DNA of 64,000 nt, taken from NCBI RefSeq assembly GCF_009914755.1, contig NC_060942.1; one strand, written 5' to 3'. The notes under the pieces were generated by a model. The model was not told the origin of the DNA and did no database searches. It saw nothing but the letters and a program-made list of their open reading frames with translations. The stretch is from the human T2T-CHM13v2.0 reference genome, Homo sapiens. Of this stretch, positions 25,410 to 41,449 are shown piece by piece. How positions within the stretch are numbered: the stretch's first letter is position 1; each line of letters begins with the position of its first letter. The translations under genes and the position numbers were made by a program.

Positions 25410-27800
25410 TATTTATCCCCTCCTGATAGCCAAGCTTCTTTGCTTGGTAACTTTTCAGCTCCTTCTATCAACAGTTGGAGTGTGTTTCTTCCCAAACTCA
25501 ATTGTGGTTGTCCTGTAACTCATTTAACTGATACTATGCAGAAGAAATGAATGCTGAACCAGTTCTGAATGTAGGCCTTAATAATCACTCACATGCTTAC
25601 AGAATGCAAGGTCTGGGTGACTTCCTAGCTGTCACAGTACATTTTAGTAGAAATAAAAAGTATAAAAATTCTCTGAATTGTTGGTTGCTTCAAAGAGTAG
25701 TGTAGAATTTGGTAAAAAGGAAATAAGGAACTCAGGAATTTAAATTTGAAAGGAACGTCTGGGTAAGATACTATGAAACTTTTTAAATAGCTCCAAAATA
25801 AATATTACATCCTGTTGTCACAGAATCATTCTGAAAAACAAAACCCAGTCTAATTCTGTGGGTTGCTGAATTTACATTCCAATTTAATGCACAGTACTGG
25901 GTATTTAATGCACATAGTTTCTTATGTGAAGTTATGACACTGATCTGAAAACTGGGATCAGGTCATCTGAGCAGACTTCAATGAAGCTAAGACCCTGAAC
26001 ACTCTACCACACCTCTTTGCCCTCAACAATAGCCTTTCTTCCCCTGTTAAATATACTGCCCTTCTTTCTTGACAAAACTGCAATGATTTCTCTTGAGGTG
26101 TTTATTTTGCAGGTGGCTGCTGATTCTCCACAATATCACAATGAACTCTCATTTATCAACCTATTACTCTCTGCAACTTCTTGGTACCAAATATAACTAA
26201 CGAGAAGGGAGAAAACACATCAAAACAATTAAAATTTACCAATGTGTATTCATTGAGACCTGGAAATATGTAGGGAATTGGATCTTACAGATGTTATATA
26301 AGGATGGAAGTGATATAATATTGGATCACATATATGTATCAATTGAGTTAGGATTTAATGTCTTAGCTTGAGAGGATGGAAGCTGCTTTACCATTGTCCT
26401 CAACTGGTTTACATAAATATGTACTCTAAGGTGTTCTACTTAGCAGGAAGTTGAGATGATAAGTATTCTTCCCTGGTAGAGGAAGATGTTGAAAACTTTA
26501 AGGATATTGAATATAGAAGAAAATTTATTACATAAGATCTGCTCACTCACCCACCATCTACTCTGGAAATGTCCAGGAGAGATTCTTTTCATCAAGGCTT
26601 TGGGAGATATGTTGAGGAAGACAATGCTGATGTCCTTAAAGTGATCTGTGCAGATAATTCACTGTAAGGCTAGAGGTAACACTAAAATGCTGCCATAAAA
26701 ACAGAGCTTTCGGAGTTTAATGTGGATATTGGGATGTGTAGCAGAGGTCAAGTGGCAGGATATATCTGATCTGCCAAAGACATGGTGGTCGTAGTAACCA
26801 TAATGGGAATGAGTCCCAAGTCAATAATCAGAATGAGCTGACATGCATAAATCTTTAACACTGGCTCATTGAGCATGGTATTCAAGTTGTCATTTAAGCT
26901 GAGTTTTATATCACGAATTTGATGTAATCTGATCTACTGAGTCATAAAATTGGATGTGGAGAATAGCTCTTCATGCTCAAGTAAAATGGTATATACAATA
27001 ATGGACTAAAGCAGTTTCTAAAGGTACAAGCAATTTGCACATGAAAGTAGTTCAAAATCACAAGATGTTGTATCTCAGTCATATTGTCCTTTTTTTATAA
27101 TACACACGTACATCTTGCCTCAAAGAAAGTTTTCAATCAGCAGCTCATTAAAGAAGAAAATATTCAGATCTGGATTTGAAATATTTCTCCACTATCATAT
27201 ACCCCAAAGTGGACATCTTCAACATTATAATTCAGATAACAGTAGCCCTGAATGATGGTGCTGAAGGGAAATCATCCCAATGGTCAGAACGTCTAGCAGT
27301 GGACCTGTTTTTTTTTTTTTCCTGCAAAACAAGATGTATAGAAAATAGATCTATATTGATTTTGGCCAATGAAAAATTGTTTGGCTGGGTGGTCAGAGAT
27401 TTAGAAAAAATACAATTGAAAAATTAGTGATAAGAAGGTCTGGTGAAGAAGTGTCATGTATTAACCTCTGAATGAATATAGAGTAAATATAGGTCTATGA
27501 CTTGTGAAAATGCTCATTCAGTAGTAATTTCAATTGTAGTTAATAATTACATTGTAGATTAGTTTGGGGGATGTTATTAAGCCTACTTCCCTAACCAGCC
27601 CATTCTTGCCGTATGAAAAATACGGCCATGTGGCATGGTTAGAAGTTGTGCATGGGTTCAACAATGTGGATGTTCACTCACCAGAGGTGACCTGGTGTCA
27701 GGCATTACTGAGTGTACCACGTACTACAAGCATGAAGGAACACTGAGATTCTAATATGGCACTACTCAGGAAAACCAGCCAGTCACCATGGTAGCACCCA
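25410..27800 (+). mobile_element. Old MLT-like LTR fragment followed by degenerate ERVL internal (gag/pol) sequence
   Basis: Remnants parallel to the HERV-L at 3.4-4.7 kb (e.g. GAAGGGAAATCATCCCAATGGTCAGAAC; peptide DGAEGKSSQWSE). Confidence 0.6.
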
Positions 27801-28509
27801 TTTCATTCCATTGTGATACAATACTTTGTATAATTTAAACTTCCTAAGAATTGATTAAGATTTCTGTTGTGTCTCCATACATGGAGGGTTCTGTATATGT
27901 CTGAAGTCCAATTGATATATGTTTTTGTGCAAGTTTTCTATGTATTTATTAATCTTATGTCTGATTTCTTTATTCTTAATGGAAAGTAGGGTTTTTGAAG
28001 TCTTCAGCTATTAGTTTAGAGCTACTATCCCTTAAATTCTGTCACTGTTTGCATCATGAAGTTACTAGGAAGTTCATTCATATTATAAATGAAATATAAG
28101 TACACTTTAAAAATGTATTTAAAGTGTATTTTTACAAACTTTAAAATTTAAATTTAAATTGTAAAAATACAATTTAAATGTGCATTCTCTTTTTATTACT
28201 ACTTGCATGAAATATCGTTTCCCATCCTTTCACTTTCAACTTATATGTGTCCTCATATCTAGAGTTATTCACTTATAAATAGCATACAGTTGGTTCCTGG
28301 TTTGCTTTGTTGTAATACTCGTTTTGCAAATCTATTTAAATTATTGGGAAGTTTAATCCATTTTCATTTAAATCAATTACTGATAGGAAAGAACTTACTT
28401 TTCTATTTTTCGATTGGTTTTCTGTATAAAGAAGCAACATTTTTAAGATGTTCATTCGTTCCAACTTGGTCTATAGACTCAACTCTGCCAATTAAAAATT
28501 CAGTAGGTT

Positions 28510-28811
28510 GGCCAAGCATGGTGGCTTGCACCTGTAATCCCAGCACTTTGGGAGACTGATGCAGGCAGATCACCTGAGGTCAGGAATTCAAGACCAACCT
28601 GGCCAACATGGTGAAACCCTATCTCTACTAACAAATACAAAACTTAGCTGGGCGTGGTGGCAGGTGCCTGTAATCCCAGCTACTCAGGAGGCTGAGGCAG
28701 GGATAATTGTTTGAACCTGGGAGTCAGAGGCTGCAGTGAGCTGAGATCTCGCCATTGCACTCCAGCCTGGGCAATAGAGCAAGACTCCGTCTCAAAAAAA
28801 CAAAACAAAAC
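28510..28811 (+). mobile_element. AluSx within old L1 fragments
   Basis: Full dimer (CACCTGAGGTCAGGA...CCAACATGGTGAAACC) with A-rich tail. Confidence 0.9.
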
Positions 28812-29140
28812 AGCAAGTTACATTCTGAATATCAATGGACAATGGACTGAGACTGTAACTTATAAGGAAATATGTAAGATCCAGAGTAGCCAGCAACGTA
28901 CTGAAGAAGAACATATTCAGAAAGCTGATAGCTGACCAATTTCAAGAATCACCATAAAGCTACAATAATCAGGACAGGATGGTATTGGTGAAAAAACAGG
29001 CAAATGGATTAACAAAGCAGATTATAGAGCCAAAAAACAGACGTATAAAAATATGGCCAACAGGTTTTTTTTTCCTAAGAAGCAAAGATATTAAATGAAG
29101 AAAGTACAATCTTTCTAACAAATGATGCCAGAACATGTAG

Positions 29141-29141
<1 letters not shown>

Positions 29142-29173
<32 letters not shown>
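29142..29173. repeat. (CA)16 microsatellite
   Basis: Read directly from the sequence. Confidence 0.95.
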
Positions 29174-29179
<6 letters not shown>

Positions 29180-29485
29180 TCTAGACACCGACATTAGTAT
29201 TTACACAAAAATTAACTCAAAGTAGATCACAGACATGAATATGAGAAGCCTAACTATATAATTTATAGAAAATAATCTAGGGAAAAATGTTTACAGATTT
29301 GAGATTGGTAATCTTAGTTGGCATTCTGGGAATGGGCCTTACACTATGTTGTGGAGGGTATTATTGTCAAAGCTGTTTCAAAACATTCCTTGAGTTCACA
29401 CAATTATGTTTCAACAGGCACTGCACTTGGAACAGGACAAAATTATTTTTTCAATAGAATAAAATACATTCTTATATTCTTATTA

Positions 29486-29564
29486 TTAGCTTGGTGCAAA
29501 AGTAATTGCAGTTTTTGCAATTACTTTTAATGGCAAAAATCACAATACTTTTGCACCAACCAAA
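29486..29564. mobile_element. MADE1 (Hsmar1-derived MITE)
   Basis: ~80-bp near-palindrome TTAGCTTGGTGCAAAAGTAATTGC...CAATACTTTTGCACCAACCAAA, flanked by TA on both sides. Confidence 0.92.
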
Positions 29565-30258
29565 TATAACCTTCCTTACCAAGATACAACCTTTTTTGTA
29601 CATATTGCGTATAGAATTGTGTCCCTTATTTTTAGCCGTTTTAATTACATAGGTTAATTATATGTTTAACTCTTAGTAATTCTAATTTCCCATAAAAAAG
29701 CCAGGAAATAATCCATTATAATTATGTACCAAAACATTTTATGAATACATATTTTGTAATTTCTAAAAACATAGATTTTTACAGAACTTTTAAAATGTTG
29801 AACAGGACATATTTACTAACAAACTCAAATTTTTTTTTGCTTTTCTGTAATAATAATCCAAAATACATATGTTTAAACCTATGTTAGTAATTAAAATTTA
29901 GCATTATATTTTATTTGGAAATGAGCTAGATATGCAGTGACTATCCATTATTTAATCTGGTTTAGCAAAACTCTAATGAAGTAATTACCAAAGATATTAG
30001 GAAATAATTTTAAGTAAACATATTGTAAAACATTATTATTAAAAAACTTATTTATAGATTTTACTCCACTTTATCTCATTTAATTTACTCATTTTTAACA
30101 ATTATGTTGGGAAGATTTCATGAGAGATTAGATGAAGTTAATCCTCATAAACCAAAAAAATGCTTGATTTTAGTTACTGTAGTCAAAACGCTATCAATCC
30201 AGAACCCTCCCACTCCCACCCCACACTATCTTGGCTGCTATGTCAAGAGAAACAAAAC

Positions 30259-33257
<2,999 letters not shown>

Positions 33258-35383
33258 TAGAGAAACAAAACTTATAAGTTGTCCTGGAAATCACAAATTC
33301 TTCTTTTCTTTGTCTGCAAGTTTGGCTAAGTGACCAGCCAGTAGGGGTGAGAAATAATTTAGGAATGGCTTTTAAAAGTTTACTTTCCTGTTTAACCATT
33401 TTTATAACATAGTATACTAGGCAAATAAGTTAAACACATGAGTTAAATACAGAGTTTAATCACTGTGGCTGAGGTTTAGTTAAATGTAGGAGTCTCTGTA
33501 ACCAGTTAACCAATTAAGCTGTAACCAACTAAGTTGTCTTAATACCTCACTTCTGTTTTCTATAAATGAGGTCAGATTACGTTGTTAGCTGAAGTTATCT
33601 GAACTTGTTTTGGTTTTAAGAGCTGCCCGATTTGCATATCAGTTTTGTTTTGTTTCTGCTTCGTTTTCTTTGGCTTTTGCTTCATTTTTAATTTCTCAAA
33701 TAAACTCTAATAAAATTAAAGAGTCAAAAGGATTTTTTCCTTTGAGCTTTATCTGTAAGCTATCTATCGTCCTATCTATTTATCTATTATCTATCTAGTT
33801 TTAATCAGGAAATTAATACCTAGTTTTACTATGTGATATCTCATGTCTACCCATTTAAATGGCTATATTGCCTATAGATGAATTAGAGATAGACATATTA
33901 ACGGCTAAACTGTTAGGTAACTTAAAAGTATATATTGTAATCTGTCTCAAGATGACAGATACTTATTTCAATTCAATCCATACAGTTTCTTATAGTTCAA
34001 AATTCAAATTTCTACCAAGATTTTTCTCGGTTCAATGTCAATGATTTTTCCTCCACTACAATCTTGTAACATTTATAAACAGAATCTATCACATACGTCC
34101 CTTCATTTTGTGCCCCTAGTGTTTTTTGTATGTCCAGCTTACCCTTAACATAAAGCACGGAATAATTGAGAGGACAATGAATAATTTGTTCTCTAACAGT
34201 AAATAGATAAATGTGGTTGCTTGCTTAATAAATGCTGACTTGATTGAACTGACTTGTATTGAGTTGAATCTAATTGAATTGCCAGTGATAAAGATGTATA
34301 TTTTTAAACTCGCATTGCTTAATAAGAGTAAGGGACTCATTCACAGTTTGCTAAATTAATGAGAAAAGAACAATTTATTTCCTCTTGTTTAAGCAATTTT
34401 TATTTTTAAAGCATGTTATGCATTATTTATTGTTCTAAGTACAGTGTTAAAGAGAAATGATCACCTGTTTAGAGACCTTCCAAAACACATCGGATTCAAT
34501 AGGCTAAGTGAAAGGTGTTAATCACATGCAAGCAACCTATTTCCCTTTTTAACCTTTACATTTCCATTAGTTTTGAAGTTATTTTAATAGTGACAAGATT
34601 GGCTTAACTGGTATGTTACAGTATTTCTGAAAGATGGGAAATAATAACAGCAGAAATGATACAAAGTCAAGCTTGGAATAGAATAGTAAATAATGGTGCC
34701 TGCTATAATAATCACGAAAACAATGCAATGTATTCTATATTTATGTTATATCTTTCATCATATCAGTATTCATTTTTATCTATAAATATGACAATATACA
34801 TGTGTACTGCCCTGGCCTGGTATAATATTTATCCTTACTTTGACTGAACCGCTTATTCAAAGAAGTCTATTTTTTGTTGCATTTGCATACAGCTGTGCAT
34901 TTCCTTTTCTCTATTTACTATACATAGAGGATGTTGTTTCAAATTATTTCCATTGTTAAATAAGCTGTTAGTTTTAAATTTATTCTGAGGAATACAGAAC
35001 ATTAAATCAATTAGTTTATTAATTTTGCTAATCGACTTTTATTAAACCCTGTAATTTCAAAAAGCAAAACATTTTAGAATATTGTAGTCAAGCTTTGGGG
35101 CAATAAAATTATCTCCACAGTTTAGATGATGCATAATAAGATTAGTGAATAGCATTCATTTGTATAACAATTTCCTTAGGAATCCTTTATTGTTTCAGTG
35201 TAACTATACAAAACTTTTGTTATAATACATGACATGGATTAAATATTAGGAACACTGGGTATTACTTGGGTGTCTGTCACTATAGTTATGCAATTGTAAA
35301 AACTATGTGGTGATTATTTGGTGCCAAAGTTAAACTATCATTAGATAGTAAAGGAATTTTATACATGCATTCAAATTACACGC

Positions 35384-38292
35384 TGTTATGGACTGAGGGC
35401 ATCTCCCCAAATTCAGGTGTGAAGCCTTAGGGCCAGCCTAACAGTATAAAGAGCTGGGATCTGTCTTTAATTGTCCCGGGAACCTGCATGAATGGGATTA
35501 GGACCCTTATAAAGTCTTCTGCTCTTCTATCACGTGAGGGCACAGCATTCCTCCCCCTTGCCCTTCCATTTTTTTCACCATGTGAGGACATAGCTTGTGT
35601 CTTTCACGGGGGCTGCTGAAACATAGCACCATCTTGGAAGCAGAGAGCCGCCCTCCCAGACACTGAACCTGCCAGCACCTTGGTTTTGGACTTCCTATGA
35701 AAAATAATTTTCTATTACTTATAAACTCCACAGTCTCAAGTAATTTTTTGTAGCAGAACAAATGGACTAATACAGAACATTGGTACCAAGAAGTCAGGTG
35801 TTGCTATAACAGATACCTAAAAATGTGTAAGCAGCTTTGGAATGTGGTAATGGGTAGAGGCAGGAACAATTTTGAAGTGTATGCTAGAAAGAGTCTAGAT
35901 TGCCATAATGGATCATTAAGGGAGACAGACTCTGGTGAGGGCTCAGAATAGGAGAGCTATAGAGAGAGTCTCGGACTTCCTAGAGATTATCTAACATGCT
36001 CAGGATCAGAATGCTGGCAGAAATATGGACGGTACAGGTAATTCTGATGTGACCTCAGACTAAAATGAGGAATATCATATTGGAAACTAGAGGGAAGACC
36101 ATCCTCATTACAAAGTGCCAAAAAACTTGGCTGAATTGTTTCCATGTCCAAGTACAGATACTCCCTGACTTACAATGGGGTTATGTCTCAAATATCCAAT
36201 CATAAGTTAAATATATCATTAAGTTAAAAATGCATTTAATACACCTAAAGTAACAAACATCATAGCTTAGCCTCGCCAACTTTAAACACGATCAGTACAC
36301 TTATATTTGCCAACAGTTGGGCAAAATCATCTAACACAAATCCTGTTTTATAATAAGGTATTGAATAGGTAATGTAATTTATTGAATAATATTCTAAAAG
36401 TGAAAAACAAAAAAAACTTTATGGGCACTTGAAATACAGTTTCTATGGAATGAATATCACTTTTCTATCATTATAAAGTCAAAAAATCATGTAAGTCAAA
36501 CCGTCTTAAGTTGGAGACTGCACTTTGTGGAGGGCAGAATTTAAGAGTGATAAACCAGGATATTTGGTGGAAGAAATCTCTAAGCAAAATATTTAGGGTG
36601 TTTCATAGTTTCTCTTGACTGCTTATAATAAAATGTGAGAGGAGAAACAAATTAAAGATGGAATTTATAATAAAAAAGAAGCAATACTTAAAGATTTGAA
36701 TAATTCTTTACCATTGTGAAGAATAAAAGTGTGTCTCGAAGAGAATACCAAGGGTGTGGCCAAGCTAACATCTGGATTTGAAAATAACCTTAGAATGGAG
36801 ACAAAGAAGCCAAATATTATTCATCAAGACAAAAGAAAAATGACCCCTAAAGCATTTCAGAGATCTTTGAGGCTCCCATTCCCATCAGAGTTCCAGGGTG
36901 CCAGGGCCATGAGCATAGAGGAGTTTCAAGGGAGGGTCCCAAGGTGCTTGTTGGACCTTGGGTCTCACTGCCCATGACCACCTCAAGTCTCTGCTTCCTG
37001 CATTTTAATTCACTAATCCTTGACCACAGCAGTTGTGGCTCAAGTGGGCCCAGGTGTGGCTTGAGCCACTGCTCTAGAGGGCATGAGTGGTAAACCTTGG
37101 CAGCTCCTGATGGTGCTAACTGCAGGGGATCAGAGTGCAGGAGCTGTGAAGACATGACTGCCTCCACCTCCATGATAAAGGATACTTCAGAGTGCCTCGA
37201 AGCCCAGGCAGAGAACGGCCAGAGGGTTGGAGATACCACAGAGAACCCCCACTGGGGCAATACCTAGTATAGTAATGGGGTCAGGTTAACCACAGTGAGT
37301 CTTCAGTGGTGCAATGTCTGGCAGAGTCATGAGCACTGAGTCACTCCCGAGACCCCAGAACTATAGAGCCACGGACGTGCAACTTCAGCCTGAAAGCCAC
37401 AGAAACTGGACCCCACACCGTGAAGACTGCAGTGTGGGCTACACCCGGCAAAGCCATAGGAGTAGGATTGCCTGGAGCCTGAGTGTCAAAATCTCCACCC
37501 CAGTGTTTCCAGAGATAGGATACTGTTCCCAGAAGATAGGAGTCAAATTAAATTATTCTCAAGCGTCAAGATTTAATGCTGTTTGCTTTGCTGGGTTTTG
37601 GAATTGCTAGGGACCTGTTGCTTCTTTCTTCTTGCCTATTTCTCCCATTTTGGAATGAAGATATCTATGCTACACCTGTTCCCTCATTATATTTTGGAAG
37701 CACATAACTCGTGTGATTTCATAGGCTCACGGCTGGAGAGAAATTTTTGTCTCACTCCGATCTAATTTAGATGAGACTCTTAGGCGTTTAGATGCTGGAG
37801 CAAGTTAAGATTTATGGGGCTATTGGGGTGGAATAAATATATTTTCCATGTGAGAAGGACATGAATTTTTGAGGCCAGGAAAGGAATGCTATGGGCTGAA
37901 TGTGTTTTCCAAAATTTATAGTTAAAACGTAAGGGGCCAATGTAACACCTTAAGGGGTGATTAAGTCACAAGGGCCGGGCACTCATGGATGGGATTAGAA
38001 TCCGAATAAAACGTTTTAAAGGAGTGAATTTGTTCTCCTTTGCTCTTCCACCATGTGAGGACACAATGTTCATCTCCTTTTCCCCTTCCATCCTTTCTCC
38101 TAGGCAAGGACACAACATTTATCCACTATGCAGGATGCAACAACAGGGCACCATCTTGGAAGCAGGGAGCAGCCCACACCAGACATCAGACCTTGGACTT
38201 TCCAGCCTCCACAACTGTGAGAAATAATTTTCTATTATTTACAAACTATCCAGTTTCATCCATTTTATTATAGCAGCATAAATGGATGTATG
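35384..38292 (+). mobile_element. Near full-length MaLR element (MST/MLT1A-type LTR - internal - LTR)
   Basis: 5' LTR 35384-35774 (ends GGACTAATACA). Internal region starts GAACATTGGTACC. Purine-rich GAGGCCAGGAAAGGAA precedes the 3' LTR at 37887. Both LTRs share CCATGTGAGGACA and CACCATCTTGGAAGCAG. Confidence 0.85.
36155..36520 (+). mobile_element. MER47A (Tigger-type MITE) nested in the MaLR internal region
   Basis: CAGATACTCCCTGACTTACAATGGGGTTA...GTAAGTCAAACCGTCTTAAGTTGGAGACTG, preceded by TA. Confidence 0.8.
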
Positions 38293-38373
38293 CATTATTA
38301 TAATTATTTTTTAAAGGCTGGTATTTGAGAATGAACCTGCTATTTTAGCCCTTATTTTTAAATGGCTATTATT

Positions 38374-38872
38374 CATTATTAATTTTTAATTCAAATAAGC
38401 CACTTAAAAACATTGTATCAATTTCCTAGGGCTGCTGTAATAAAGGCCCACAAACCAGTTAGCCTGAAACAAAAGACATTTATTCTCTCACAATTCTGGA
38501 GGCTAAATGTATAAAATCAGTTTGTCAGCTAGGGCATGCTCCCTCCAAATCCTCTAGAGGAGAATCCTTCCAAACCTTTCCCATAGTTTCTTGTGTTGCC
38601 AGCAATCCTTGGAATACTTTGGCTTGTAGACACTTTCCTTTAAACACTGCCTTTCTCACCACATGGGTTCTCCCTGCACGTCTTCCTGTGTTTCAGCTCT
38701 TCTTTTTTAAGGACACAGTCCTATTGGATTAAAGACCTACTCTCCTACAGGATGACCTCACCCTAACTAGAAACATCTGCAGTGACCCTATTTCCAAATA
38801 ATTTCACATTCTCAGGTTCCACGGTTAAGATTTCAACATACTTTGGATGCAGGGAGGAGCTCAACACCCGGC
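38374..38872 (-). mobile_element. MLT1-type MaLR LTR
   Basis: TGTATCAATTTCCTAGGGCTGCTGTAA...TTCTCTCACAATTCTGGAGGCT...CCCTATTTCCAAATAA. Confidence 0.8.
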
Positions 38873-38881
38873 AAGCATATA

Positions 38882-39235
38882 TTTTATTTATTTCAGCTTC
38901 ATTGAAGTACAGTTGACCAAAAAAAGTATATATTCAAGGGGTACAATGTGGTAATTTGATATATGTATACAATGAGAAAATATTACCACGTGTATTACCT
39001 ACCACACATAGTCATCATTTTGTGCATGTGTGTGTGGTGATGACACGATTCTGTCTCAGCAAATTTCAAATAAACAATACAGTATTACTAACTACAGTCA
39101 CCATCCTATATTAGATCCTTAGAACTTACTCACCTTATAACTGAACGTTTATGTCCTTTAACCAACATGTCCCCATTTTCCCCAGCCTCCAACCCTTGGC
39201 AGCCACCATTCTACTCTCTGCTTCTACAAGTTCAA
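38882..39235 (-). mobile_element. L1MA 3' end
   Basis: TACAGTCACCATCC...AACTGAACGTTTATGTCCTTTAACCAACATGTCCCC...CACCATTCTACTCTCTGCTTCT. Confidence 0.75.
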
Positions 39236-39739
39236 CAACTTCAACAAGAAGTTCAACAACTTCTACAAGTTTCAGAATTTGCTACCTTCTAACCATGTGA
39301 CTTTGGGAAATTATTTCATCCACCTATGTGTTCAGTAAGATTGAAATAATAATATAGTAACCCCTACAAATTTTGTTGAAATTATTAAGTAAATTAACAA
39401 ATATAAAGTGCTCCGGAGGCTATTGGATCCTGATAAGTATCTCATAATTATAAATGATGATAATCATCATAATAGTGACCGTGAAGTAATACTTCCCCGG
39501 GTTGTGCTTGCAAAATACTTTTTCTTATAGATTGGACTTCAAAATATTTTTGCAGGAGTAGAGGAAGATGTGAGATATCTAAATCCCTCTCTCAGCTTAC
39601 ATAAGCCTGTGTTACTGGTTATAGAAGGTGTACTTTTTTAATCCTTCAAAAGTTTTAGGCTCTGAAAGGTCACTTCTTTTGCTTGACAAATAATGTTTCT
39701 TGTCTGTACATTTTTCTAATTTTTATTATATTATAGGGT

Positions 39740-39890
39740 TTTTTTTAGAGACAGGGTCTTGGTCTGTCACCTGGCTAGAGTGCAGTGGTGCAATCATAGC
39801 TCACTGCAGCCGCGAACCTCTGGGCTCACCTGCCTCAGCCTCCCAAAGTGCTGGGACTAAAGGCGTGAGCTACCATACCTGTGCCTGGCC
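39740..39890 (-). mobile_element. Internally deleted AluJ-like fragment
   Basis: Right-arm 3' part joined to left-arm 5' part (CTGGGCTCA|CCTGCCTCAGCCTCCCAAAGTGCTGGGA). Confidence 0.75.
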
Positions 39891-41067
39891 TGACTACACA
39901 TTTTTTAAATGAAGTATTCTATCTTGTTCCTTGAAGATAGATGATGCTGGGTCTTCCAGGGATAGTCTGAATTACTGATGTTTATAGATTATCTTCCTAA
40001 GAATATTATATTTAAAGCATTACCATATTTGTTGATAGAAAAAAATTACTTTTAGAATAACTTTACTGACACTGAATTAATGGTTATTCAATAAATAAAG
40101 TAGCAGTTCTCATTTTGTACTTCTTCCAAAGTAATACATCTTAAAATCAAAATTCTCATGATTACAATGTAGATGAGAAAAAGGAGGTTAAAAATACATA
40201 ATAAAGTTTTCAAATGCCAGCAACTCATTTTTAGATGAATTTGAGAAATATGTTACTTATGATGCTATTGAAGGCATTTAGTGTCTACAGCCTTTGTGCT
40301 TATTATTTTTATTATAAATAAATGTAAGCATATGTGTTCAAATATTTAGGAGGTTGCAACTATTTTCAAAGAAACTAAAGACAGTCATGGAAATCATTTT
40401 GAAACAGTAACATCAAACAATTTCTCTGAGTCGTCAACAAGAAATTTGGGAGAACTTTGAAATTCAAAACCAAGCAAAAATCTTTAGACATGTAAAAACA
40501 GAAAGGATTTGTAGAAAACGTGTGAAATGAATGTGTATTTTCCTACTGGTTAACATTTAACAGCAAATATGGCAGGAAAGAGATGAAATTGTTTTTTTCT
40601 GGGGGGGTGGGTATAAAGCCCTAAAGTTTTAAAAATTTTGCTTGGTATCTGAATTAATAATAAACCGAAAGTAAAATAAGTCTAGTTATCATAGTACATA
40701 AATAAATAGTGCAAAAAATGACGCTTTTCTAGCAAACTTTGTTGTATGTATAATACTGTTTGCAAACAAGCAAATTCAAAGCAATTAACAAATAAGTAAA
40801 CAATTAAAAAACATAAGAAAATCATTTCTATTTCCACCAAATCATTGTATATTATATTCCTGAGTGTAAATAATACTACAAGGAAAATTGATTAGATCAC
40901 ACATGTTTCTAAATTTAAATATTAGGATTTGGGGCAATGTTCTCAAACCAATCTGTGGACTGAAATCTCCATATGTTGAATGTAGAAAATAAATGAGAAC
41001 TTTTGTCTTCTGTACTTCTTTCTGGTTTTCATGTTTATTTGTTTTTCTTCTCTTCAGAAAGGGACAT

Positions 41068-41449
41068 TGTATTAGTCCATTTTCACACTGCCATAAAGAA
41101 CTACCTGAGAGTGAGTAATTTATAAAGAAAAGAGGTTTAATTGACTCACAGTTCAACAGCTGTGCAGGAGGCATGGCTGGGAGACCTCAGGAAACTTACA
41201 ATCATGGCAGAAGATGAAGGGGAAGCAGGCATGTATTCACATGGTTCCAGGAGAGAGACAGAGTGGATAGAGAAGTGTCACACATTTTTAAACAACCAGC
41301 TCTCATGAGAACTCACTCACTATCTCGAGAACAGCAAGGGGGAAATACACAGCCATGATCCAATCACCTCCCACCAGGTCCCTCCTCCAACATCAGGAAT
41401 TACAACTCAATGTGAGATTTTGGTGGGGATAAAGAGCCAAAACATATCA
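41068..41449 (-). mobile_element. MSTA-type MaLR solo LTR
   Basis: TGTATTAGTCC...CCAAAACATATCA with perfect 5-bp TSD GACAT (41063-41067, 41450-41454). Confidence 0.9.
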
